Shown one piece after another: positions 25,059 through 31,603 of a stretch of 36,542 nt of DNA. Made by a program: the position numbers and the translations under genes. Position 1 is the stretch's first letter. Each line of letters starts with the position of its first letter. The stretch is from Candidatus Falkowbacteria bacterium (GTDB lineage: Bacteria; Patescibacteriota; Patescibacteriia; Patescibacteriales; SZUA-104): positions 1 through 36,542 of the forward strand of contig JALUVW010000077.1 of assembly GCA_027020105.1 (NCBI GenBank). Direction: 5' to 3'. The notes below the pieces were generated by a model. It was not told the DNA's origin, did not search any database, and saw only the letters and a program-made list of their open reading frames with translations.

Positions 25059-26474
25059 TCAAATTACCGAATCTTTCTCCCAATTCTCCAATAACCCCCT
25101 GACAACCGCGCGGTCGTCCCAAGTAATCTTTTCGCCATCCGCCGCGCAAATCGCCTGTTCGCTGCCTTTGCCCGTTATCAAAACAATATCGTTTTCTTGG
25201 GCAAGAGCTAACGCCGTTTTAATCGCCTCGCGGCGATCCGCGATTTTAAACAAATCTTTGTTTAATTTTTTCCCTTTGTCCAACGCCCCTTCGGCGACTT
25301 GATCAATAATAACCAGCGGATCTTCGTCGTACGGGTCTTCGTTCGTAACAATAACGAAATCCGCGTTTTCTCCGGCCAATTCTCCAAGCCGCGGCCTGCG
25401 GGCGATATCGCGCCCGCCGCCGGTTGAGCCCAGAACATGGATTACTTTTTTATGCGGAATCAATTTTATCGTTTTGTACAGTTTTTCCACGGCGTTCGGC
25501 TCAAAAGCGTAATCAACAATTACCGTGAACGGCTGGCCTTCGTCTATTTTTTCCAAACGCCCGGCCACGCCTTCAATTTTTTCCAGCCCGTTTTTAATGT
25601 CTTTCTCGGAAAATCCTTGCGATAAAGCGACGCATACCGCCGTCATCGCGTTGACAACGTTAAAATCGCCCAAAAGACGCAATCTCACCTTTGTCTTGTT
25701 AAACGTGAATGTCGTGCCGTCCTTATCGGCTTCAACGCGTTGATAGCTTACCGTCTCAACGCCGTTCTTGTTTTTTCCGTCAAACTTGCTCCCCTCCTCG
25801 GTATAGGCGAATTTTCGTTCGCTCCAAAAATTTAAAAAATAATCGGCGTGATCATCGTCCGCGTTCGCTATTATTGTTTTTTTGACCCTGTTTAAATCCG
25901 TTTTTTTAAGGCCGCTTATTTTCCTATGGATAAATTTTTTGTCGTCCGCGTATTTTATTCCGCACCTTTTTAAATGCGCGAACAATTTTCCTTTGGCTTT
26001 TTTATAATTTTCAAAGCCGCCGTGCGAATCAATATGCTCCGGATAAAGTCCGGTAAAAACCAAAATATCGTAATTGATAAATCTGTGCCTGAACTGTTTT
26101 ACGCCCTCGGAGGTTGTTTCCACGATAGCGTATTGGCACTTGTGTTTAACCATTTTTTTTAATATTTTTTGCGTAAAAAAACGCCCCACCATAGTCATTT
26201 TTTTGTCATTCAGCCACTCCTTCTCCCCGTCGTTAAACATGGCGGTGGAAGTAAAACCGACTTTGCATCCGGCCTCCTCCAATGTTTTCGCGATCAGATA
26301 AACACTGGTGGTTTTTCCGGTCGTGCCGGTAACGCCGATAACGATTAATTTTTCCGAAGGCCGCCCGTACGCCAAAGAAGCGAGCCAGCTTAAAGTAAAA
26401 TGATAAATGGGCTGGAGGTTTTTGAATAATTTTTTAGGAATATATTTTTTTATAATATTTAAAATTTTTTCCAT
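25059..26474 (-). CDS. murE: Mur ligase family protein, MurE-type (UDP-MurNAc-L-Ala-D-Glu:diamino acid ligase)
   Basis: P-loop GVTGTTGKTT. Also ETTSEG, NYDILVFTGLYPEHID, LGDFNVVNA, VDYAFEPNA and GKGSE. 471 aa. Confidence 0.75.
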   Translation of the reverse strand: MEKILNIIKKYIPKKLFKNLQPIYHFTLSWLASLAYGRPSEKLIVIGVTGTTGKTTSVYLIAKTLEEAGCKVGFTSTAMFNDGEKEWLNDKKMTMVGRFFTQKILKKMVKHKCQYAIVETTSEGVKQFRHRFINYDILVFTGLYPEHIDSHGGFENYKKAKGKLFAHLKRCGIKYADDKKFIHRKISGLKKTDLNRVKKTIIANADDDHADYFLNFWSERKFAYTEEGSKFDGKNKNGVETVSYQRVEADKDGTTFTFNKTKVRLRLLGDFNVVNAMTAVCVALSQGFSEKDIKNGLEKIEGVAGRLEKIDEGQPFTVIVDYAFEPNAVEKLYKTIKLIPHKKVIHVLGSTGGGRDIARRPRLGELAGENADFVIVTNEDPYDEDPLVIIDQVAEGALDKGKKLNKDLFKIADRREAIKTALALAQENDIVLITGKGSEQAICAADGEKITWDDRAVVRGLLENWEKDSVI

Positions 26475-26483
26475 AAATACAAA

Positions 26484-26697
26484 GTTTAAAAATCAAAAAT
26501 CAAAATGACAGTTTAAAACGCAAAGCTTAAAAAAACTTTATAGAGCTTAATATATTTTACAGAATAAGTCGTGTTGTCGGGTGAAATCGGCAGAAACTTC
26601 CCGCTAAAGCGGGAAAGGTTGTATCGCGGTGAAAATTTTTAAATTTTTAAACTTTACATTGTCATTTTAATTTTTGATTTTTACATTTTGATTTTTT
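26484..26697. repeat. AT-rich inverted-repeat element E9 with a ~130-nt loop
   Basis: Arms are gtttaaaaatcaaaaatcaaaatgacagtt and actttacattgtcattttaatttttgatttttacattttgatttttt. The loop contains the hairpin cttcccgctaaagcgggaag. Confidence 0.8.
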
Positions 26698-27718
26698 AAA
26701 ACGTTCTCCTGACTCTCCTCACCATCTTATAAACATTATACCACCCCTCGTCAAAAACCAAATCAAAGGTCCCCGGATAATTTGCCGTTCTGCCGCCGAA
26801 TCCCTTCTTAAATCTTGTTACCCCCGGCCATCTCTCTTCGTCTATGCCGTAGAGGTCGTAATATTTATACCCTGATTTTTTCGCCAATTTCATCACGTGC
26901 CATTGAAGTAAATACGAAGCCATCGCGTTGCGATACTCCGAGCCGGACGCGCCATGCGTATAGGTCGCGGTATCGCCGAAAAACGAAACAATGCCGGCGG
27001 CAATCGGCCTTTTTTTGTATTCGGCGATAAATAGTTTTATCGCCAAAGCGGGCCCCGCGGATTCGCGAACTCGCGAATCCTCGTCCCCTCCGGCCAGCAT
27101 CGCCTTATAATAATCCCTGCCGTGAGTGCGGAAATTGTCCCTCTCGCTTGTTTCTCCAAGCAGCCGCCAAAAATCTTCAAAACGATCAACTCCGGCTTCA
27201 ACAACCTTCACGCCCTTTTTTTCCGCCAATCTAATATTGTATCTGGTTTTTTGGCGCATATTCTTCAAAATATCCTCTTCCGGCTTGGCCAAATTCAATA
27301 TCAATGTCTTGCTTGGCTGAACATCAAGGGTCTTGTTTAGCTTGTAGCTTGTAGCTTGTAGCTTGTAGGAAGCGGGCGGGTCAAACCTTAAAAACATAAT
27401 ACCCTCGTTTTCCGCGATATTCTTAATTTCATTAAACAAGCTTTCTAAAATTAGTTGATAATTGACGGTTGATAATTGATAATTGAATACCGGCCCCCGC
27501 GGGCAATAAAAATAATATTTGCCTATCGGCAACTGCTTTTTGATGATAGTGGCGGCGGCGACCAGTTTACCGTCATCCAAAACACCCAGACGCCAAACAT
27601 CCCCGCTCACCTTTTTGTGAAACTCGCCCCATTCCCAAGACTGCAAAAACTGGCTGTGCTTTTGCGCCGCGACAAAATTATTATACTGTTTTTTATCCGT
27701 AATGTTGATTACTCGCAT
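26696..27718 (-). CDS. FemAB-family peptidoglycan interpeptide-bridge aminoacyltransferase (FemX/MurM-like), with two in-frame heptamer arrays
   Basis: FLQSWEWGEFHKK, YFYCPRGPVF, RYNIRLAEKKGV, YYDLYGI and RFKKGFGG are typical of FemAB proteins. Low-complexity NYQLSTVNYQLI and ASYKLQATSYKL are encoded by tandem 7-mers. Confidence 0.8.
   Translation of the reverse strand: MRVINITDKKQYNNFVAAQKHSQFLQSWEWGEFHKKVSGDVWRLGVLDDGKLVAAATIIKKQLPIGKYYFYCPRGPVFNYQLSTVNYQLILESLFNEIKNIAENEGIMFLRFDPPASYKLQATSYKLNKTLDVQPSKTLILNLAKPEEDILKNMRQKTRYNIRLAEKKGVKVVEAGVDRFEDFWRLLGETSERDNFRTHGRDYYKAMLAGGDEDSRVRESAGPALAIKLFIAEYKKRPIAAGIVSFFGDTATYTHGASGSEYRNAMASYLLQWHVMKLAKKSGYKYYDLYGIDEERWPGVTRFKKGFGGRTANYPGTFDLVFDEGWYNVYKMVRRVRRTF
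27339..27368. repeat. Tandem heptamer array (agcttgt x4) inside the FemAB-family gene
   Basis: agcttgt agcttgt agcttgt agcttgt agg encodes ...ASYKLQATSYKL.... A related caagctacaagcta lies in the intergenic spacer at 31588-31601. Confidence 0.9.
27455..27489. repeat. Tandem heptamer array (ttgataa-type x5) inside the FemAB-family gene
   Basis: ttgataa ttgacgg ttgataa ttgataa ttgaata encodes ...FNYQLSTVNYQLI.... Confidence 0.9.
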
Positions 27719-27747
27719 ATATTTTACTTTAAGTTCCCGCGGATATT

Positions 27748-27860
27748 AGGGGGGGATAAACACCCCCTTGATAAAGGAACCTGCCTTCCGTAGAGACGAG
27801 GCACTGCCTCGTCTCTACGGCGAAGGAAGGGTTGGCCCCGCCTTTCGCGAAAGGCGGGGT
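27748..27860. repeat. GC-rich palindrome cluster G5 upstream of the FemAB-family gene
   Basis: Three palindromes: gggggataaacaccccc; a 33-nt palindrome CCGTAGAGACGAGGCAcTGCCTCGTCTCTACGG (27788-27820); and a perfect 24-nt palindrome CCCCGCCTTTCGCGAAAGGCGGGG (27836-27859). Confidence 0.85.
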
Positions 27861-27940
27861 TGGGGAATTATTAATTTTTAATTTTAATTGGAAATTGAAA
27901 ATCATTACTTGTTTGAAAATTGAAAATTTCGCTATCACTC

Positions 27941-27968
27941 TTGCATTATTTTTAGATTAGTGTATAAT
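27941..27968 (+). promoter_or_regulatory. Strong sigma70-type promoter of an orphan small transcription unit
   Basis: TTGCAT (27941-27946), 16-nt spacer ending in TG, TATAAT (27963-27968). Confidence 0.6.
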
Positions 27969-27974
27969 AAGGAT

Positions 27975-28113
27975 TGAAATTCACAAAAAGGAGGTGATGC
28001 CTTTGAGGGCACGCATAGTCGATAATCATAATTAAAACACAATCGACAGGTCCCGGCCCTATCTTAATCTCTTGTGAATCCAATACCTGTTAAGAGATAA
28101 GATAGGGCCTTTT
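27975..28113 (+). ncRNA. Candidate ~140-nt structured small RNA, or a leader with a 10-12 codon mini-ORF
   Basis: It is bounded by the promoter at 27941-27968 and the terminator at 28055-28119. It contains AAAGGAGGTGAT (27987-27998) and the hairpin GTCGAT-N18-ATCGAC. The 5' segment ATTCACAA and the upstream ACAGGT are each complementary to the terminator loop (TTGTGAAT, ACCTGT). No downstream plus-strand gene follows. Confidence 0.4.
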
Positions 28114-28119
28114 AATTTT
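28055..28119 (+). terminator. Rho-independent terminator with a long stem
   Basis: GGCCCTATCTTAATCTCTT (28055-28073) pairs with AAGAGATAAGATAGGGCC (28092-28109) with one bulge, followed by TTTTAATTTT. Confidence 0.75.
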
Positions 28120-28261
28120 AAATCAACAACTCCGTATCGCGCCCGAGAACATGGCGCGGACCGTGATATTATCCGGCCAAGTCATTTTTCTCGACCAAAA
28201 ATCTTATATAAAAATATCGGAAATAACAAATATTCTAAAATTCTCAACTCTCAATTCCGGC

Positions 28262-28843
28262 TCATCGCTTGCCCAGCTCTTTCAGCGCCGCTTTTATTCT
28301 CTCGCCGCTGTCTTTTATTTTCGCGTCAACGGCGCGCAAAGCGTCCCGCGCCTGAGCCATTGAATATCCCAAAGCCATTAAAGCGTCAATCTCGTCTCCG
28401 CTGACATTTCCGCTTTCCGCCGTCCGCTTTCCGCCGTCCGCCGTCGCGCCGATTTTCTCCCTTAATTCAAGAACAACCCTTTCCGCCGTTTTCCTGCCTA
28501 TGCCCGACACCTTGGTGAGCAGAGCCGAGTCTCCGCGCGCGATTGAATCCTTGATATCGGCAACCGAGGCGATAGCCAAAACGCCCAAAGCCGACTTTGG
28601 CCCGATTCCGGAAATAGACAATAGCAGTTCAAACATCTCCAAATCTTCCAGCGACTTAAACCCGTACAAATCCAAAGAATCCTCGCGCACGTATTGGTGC
28701 GTGTAAACTTCCACATCCTGATTAATATCAAAATCCGCGCACATCGCGGAATTAACAAAAACCCGATAACCGACATTATTCACTTCAACGATAACATACC
28801 CTTGGCCCTTATTTAATATTTTGCCGCGAAGGAATGAAATCAT
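28262..28843 (-). CDS. ruvA: Holliday junction branch-migration complex subunit RuvA
   Basis: MISFLRGKILNKGQGYVIVEVNNVGYRVFV; HhH motifs ISGIGPKSALGVLA and VSGIGRKTAERVVLEL; C-terminal domain III. Confidence 0.95.
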   Translation of the reverse strand: MISFLRGKILNKGQGYVIVEVNNVGYRVFVNSAMCADFDINQDVEVYTHQYVREDSLDLYGFKSLEDLEMFELLLSISGIGPKSALGVLAIASVADIKDSIARGDSALLTKVSGIGRKTAERVVLELREKIGATADGGKRTAESGNVSGDEIDALMALGYSMAQARDALRAVDAKIKDSGERIKAALKELGKR

Positions 28844-28859
28844 AAATAAAATTCATAAA

Positions 28860-28945
28860 TCCAAAGCTCAAATGACAAATCAAATCCAAATTATTAAATG
28901 ATTAAATTCAGGCATTCCGTCATTTGAGCTTGATTTGTCATTAAG
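28860..28945. repeat. AT-rich inverted-repeat element E11 (aaatgac/aaatcaa heptamers)
   Basis: agctcaaatgac (28865-28876) pairs with gtcatttgagct (28919-28930). aatgacaaatcaa pairs with ttgatttgtcatt. Confidence 0.75.
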
Positions 28946-28994
28946 ATTTCGGCATTAAAATTTTTGATTAACTATATAAAAATTTCTGAAGTTT

Positions 28995-29100
28995 CCCCCG
29001 GCCCCTCCCCTCGCGAGAGGAGGGGCGGGGTTCGGGCGGCTTTAGCCGCGTACCGTTACGAAGCTAAAGCTTCACGAACCCTGGCCTAAAGGCCGGTAGA
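28995..29100. repeat. GC-rich palindromic element G6 (same family as G1)
   Basis: cccccggcccctcccctcgcgagaggaggggcgggg, then ttcgggcggctttagccgcg (an inverted copy of the G1 core), then cgaaccctggcctaaaggccggtaga. Confidence 0.75.
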
Positions 29101-29160
29101 AACCGCTTAAATATCTAATTAAATATCTAAAACTTGCTATTTTATTTAATCTGATAATCG

Positions 29161-29312
29161 CCAAATTCAAAATTACAAATTCCAAATAAATTCAAAGCGC
29201 TAAATTAAAAATTTAAAACAGTTTTGAATCCCCGATCAAGTTAAGGATAAGTTTTGAAAATTTAAATTTGTGATTTATTTGGAATTTGTGATTTTGAATT
29301 TGGAATTTAGTT
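29161..29312. repeat. AT-rich inverted-repeat element E12 (caaattc-type heptamers), abutting the U32 gene stop
   Basis: Left arm caaattcaaaattacaaattccaaataaattcaa (29162-29195). Right arm aaatttgtgatttatttggaatttgtgattttgaatttggaattt (29263-29308). Confidence 0.85.
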
Positions 29313-29313
29313 A

Positions 29314-30747
29314 TTACATTTTTCTCCTAACAACGCTAAACTCCGGAATCTCAACATTACTCTCAATAACCACAACCTTCCCCTGTCCTCCGTGCGCTTC
29401 TTCCAGCTCTTCGCCCGTTTCCGCGTCAACCATGCTTTTCAGCTTCATCTTTATTATATCATATCCCGGCATAATAATCTCAATCCTGTCTCCAACCTTT
29501 AAAGTATTATGAATTTTAATATTAACGGAATGCTTTGTTTTTTTATTTTTGCCCGCCCCTCGGAGCCTTGGCGCGGCGGGGCGTTTTGCTGTTTTTTCGC
29601 CGATAACCGCCCCGCAAAACTCCCACTCCGGCGTTTTATGCGAATTGTCCAAGTTCTGCGCCATTTTTCCGTTCCCGAACATAAATCCCTCCGTATATCC
29701 CCGATGATATAATTTCTCATCCAATTCTTTGTGCAGAAAATCTATATCCCCCTCGTAGAGACGAGGCAGTGCCTCGTCTCGGCGGCGGCAAGACGAACAA
29801 CGGAGACGAGGCAGTGCCTCGTCTCTACAAACTGCGTCTATCGCTTTTCTGTAAGCCCCGACCACGCAAGCCAAATAATAAACGCTCTTGGCCCTGCCCT
29901 CAATTTTAAACGAAGAAATGCCGGCGTCAACCATTTCCGGAATTCTTTTTATCAAGCACAAATCATTGGAATTCAAGATATACGACCCATGCTCCTCCTC
30001 AACCAACTCCAACGCCTCATCTCTGCCTTCCGCTTTTATAAATATCTCTTGGCTGTAATTTTGAACATTTGGATTTTGAATTTTGAATTTATTTGGAATT
30101 TGTAATTTTGAATTTGTAATTTTCGCGTTATACTTCCACCTGCACGGCTGAACGCAGTCGCCTAGATTGGCGCTCCTTCCCGTAAACAATTTTGACAAAA
30201 AACATCGCCCGGAATAAGCCATGCACATCGCGCCATGAACAAACGCCTCTATTTCCAGTTTCGGGTTGCTTTTCTTGATTTCTTTAATTTCGCGAATCGT
30301 TGTTTCCCGCCCCAACACAATCCGTTTAAATCCCTGTTCAAACCAAAACTTAGCCGCCTCCTTATTCACGCAGTTCGCCTGCGTTGACAAATGCATTTTA
30401 GCGCTCGGCCAAACCTTTCTAATCGCCATCATAACGCCCGGATCCGAAACAATAAACCCGTCCGGCTTTGCTTTTTTCAGCTCTCTGACATACGCCGGCA
30501 ATTTTTTGAAGTGTTTGTTGTGGGCGAAAATATTTATTGTTACGTAAACCTTTTTATTGATATTGTGGGCGTATTCAATCGCCTTCTTCAAGCTTTTGAC
30601 ATCAAAATCATTTATCCTTACTCGCAGGGAAAAATCCGGAATGCCCGCGTACACCGCGTCCGCCCCGAACGCGAAAGCCGTTTTCATTTTTTCAAAATTT
30701 CCGGCCGGCGCTATTAATTCCGGTTTTTCGTTTTTTTTATTGTTCAT
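29314..30747 (-). CDS. Peptidase U32 family protein (YegQ/TrhP/RlhA-like), carrying several in-frame repeat-element insertions
   Basis: KPELIAPAGNFEKMKTAFAFGADAVYAG, EAFVHGAMCMAYSGRCFLS, CVQPCRWKY and SFKIEGRAKSVYY. The start at ATG 30747 (MNNKKNEKPELIAPAG) is preferred to the track's 30813. Confidence 0.85.
   Translation of the reverse strand: MNNKKNEKPELIAPAGNFEKMKTAFAFGADAVYAGIPDFSLRVRINDFDVKSLKKAIEYAHNINKKVYVTINIFAHNKHFKKLPAYVRELKKAKPDGFIVSDPGVMMAIRKVWPSAKMHLSTQANCVNKEAAKFWFEQGFKRIVLGRETTIREIKEIKKSNPKLEIEAFVHGAMCMAYSGRCFLSKLFTGRSANLGDCVQPCRWKYNAKITNSKLQIPNKFKIQNPNVQNYSQEIFIKAEGRDEALELVEEEHGSYILNSNDLCLIKRIPEMVDAGISSFKIEGRAKSVYYLACVVGAYRKAIDAVCRDEALPRLRCSSCRRRDEALPRLYEGDIDFLHKELDEKLYHRGYTEGFMFGNGKMAQNLDNSHKTPEWEFCGAVIGEKTAKRPAAPRLRGAGKNKKTKHSVNIKIHNTLKVGDRIEIIMPGYDIIKMKLKSMVDAETGEELEEAHGGQGKVVVIESNVEIPEFSVVRRKM
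29755..29828. repeat. Two copies of the GTAGAGACGAGGCA-TGCCTCGTCTCTAC palindrome inside the U32 gene
   Basis: gtagagacgaggcagtgcctcgtctc (29755-29780) and gagacgaggcagtgcctcgtctctac (29803-29828) encode ...RDEALPRLRCSSCRRRDEALPRLY.... The same palindrome lies in an intergenic spacer at 27788-27820. Confidence 0.9.
30083..30116. repeat. Single arm of the E12 AT-rich element inside the U32 coding sequence
   Basis: ttgaatttatttggaatttgtaattttgaatttg is the exact 34-nt reverse complement of 29162-29195. It encodes part of KITNSKLQIPNKFKIQNPNVQNY. Confidence 0.9.
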
Positions 30748-30830
30748 AAAGAGATTATCGCCTAATGGGGCTGTTGCCGAATGCCGTTGCGAGTAAAATT
30801 TTTGAATCCCCAATCAAGTTTTTAGGCGTG

Positions 30831-30881
30831 GAGACTAAGTCTCCAATTGGAGACTTAGTCTCTTTATATTTGCAAAAAGAC
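30831..30881. repeat. 51-bp palindromic element, intergenic copy (exact inverted copy of 15821-15871)
   Basis: tttaggcgtggagactaagtctccaattggagacttagtctctttatattt. Confidence 0.95.
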
Positions 30882-30908
30882 TAAAATTTCAGCCGTGACG
30901 GTATTCGG

Positions 30909-30968
30909 CGACAGCCCCCTAATACCGAAGAACCCCGACGGAGCCGGAACTCCGTCGGCAACGGGAGC
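30909..30968. repeat. Two GC hairpins just downstream of the translin-family gene
   Basis: CGGTATT-N15-AATACCG (30909-30937) and CCGACGGAG-ccggaa-CTCCGTCGG (30945-30968). No U-run follows on the minus strand, so terminator function is uncertain. Confidence 0.5.
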
Positions 30969-30970
30969 GA

Positions 30971-31540
30971 CTATTTTCTCAGTTTTATTTCATAATCAAT
31001 CTGCTCTATCTTTCTCAAGTTTGTTTTTGCCTGATCAAACTTCGTCCTTAAATAGCCGGTGATGTCAAACTCCGCCAATTCCGCCATTATTTCATTAATG
31101 GCTTTTTTGATTTTTTCAACTTCTTCCAAATTTCCCGCGGACGCCTGATTGACCGCCCGCCGCACAAGCTCGCCGGTTAAGTCGCAAATGCCGCCCAGCA
31201 AACTGTCAATATCCATTTTGGTTTTGCTGATTTTATCCACCTTCTTGCCGGTCATTACGCGATAAAACATTTTTGCCTCAACATACTCTTCCGCCGCCGC
31301 CTTGTACGCCCCCTCTTCGGACAAGCGGCTATGGCCGAATTTTTTCTCCAAATCCGCGAGCGCGCGCTCGGCGCCATCCAATAACTCGGACGCTTTTTTG
31401 ACGTCCGTTCTGTGCAAAGAAAAAATAACTCTTTTGGAGTCGTGCAAAATAATATTGGACGCGCCGATTATTTGTCTCCTCTCCTCCGTCCGCTTGTCAT
31501 ATTTTTTCTTTAAATTTTGAATGAATTTTTTGTTAATCAT
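30971..31540 (-). CDS. Translin-family protein (COG2178-type predicted nucleic-acid-binding protein)
   Basis: SKRVIFSLHRTDVKKASELLDGAERALADL...AAAEEYVEAKMFY...LLGGICDLTGELVRRAV...GNLEEVEKIKKAINEIMAELAEFDITGYLRTKFDQAK follows the archaeal/CPR translin-like pattern (HR-D, QEYVEA, GL-D-GEL-R, LR-K-D). Confidence 0.6.
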   Translation of the reverse strand: MINKKFIQNLKKKYDKRTEERRQIIGASNIILHDSKRVIFSLHRTDVKKASELLDGAERALADLEKKFGHSRLSEEGAYKAAAEEYVEAKMFYRVMTGKKVDKISKTKMDIDSLLGGICDLTGELVRRAVNQASAGNLEEVEKIKKAINEIMAELAEFDITGYLRTKFDQAKTNLRKIEQIDYEIKLRK

Positions 31541-31603
31541 AATTTAAAATATGATTTACGGCTCGCGACTTAATCAGGTTAATGCCGCAAGCTACAAGCT
31601 AAA

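Noticed and set aside
27729-27938. ORFs whose products contain VETRQCLVS-type strings (27729-27938 minus, 29731-30105 plus).
   Set aside because: These are translations of the GTAGAGACGAGGCA-TGCCTCGTCTCTAC palindrome and neighbouring repeats, or are antisense to the U32 gene. They are not independent genes.
28151-28363. A 70-aa plus-strand ORF downstream of the small-RNA terminator.
   Set aside because: It begins after a strong terminator, overlaps the 3' end of ruvA in antisense, and has no ribosome-binding site or recognisable motif.
5281-29312. The recurring aaaatcaaaaatcaaaatgacaat-type repeats might be a CRISPR array or its remnants.
   Set aside because: The repeats occur as inverted pairs in separate intergenic spacers, not as regularly spaced direct repeats with unique spacers. 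The arms are low-complexity heptamer runs. No cas genes are present.
30748-30813. The track's upstream start for the U32 gene (MGIQKFYSQRHSATAPLGDNLF).
   Set aside because: U32 proteins begin just before the K-PEL-APAG motif. The internal ATG at 30747 fits this, and the upstream extension has no homologous character.
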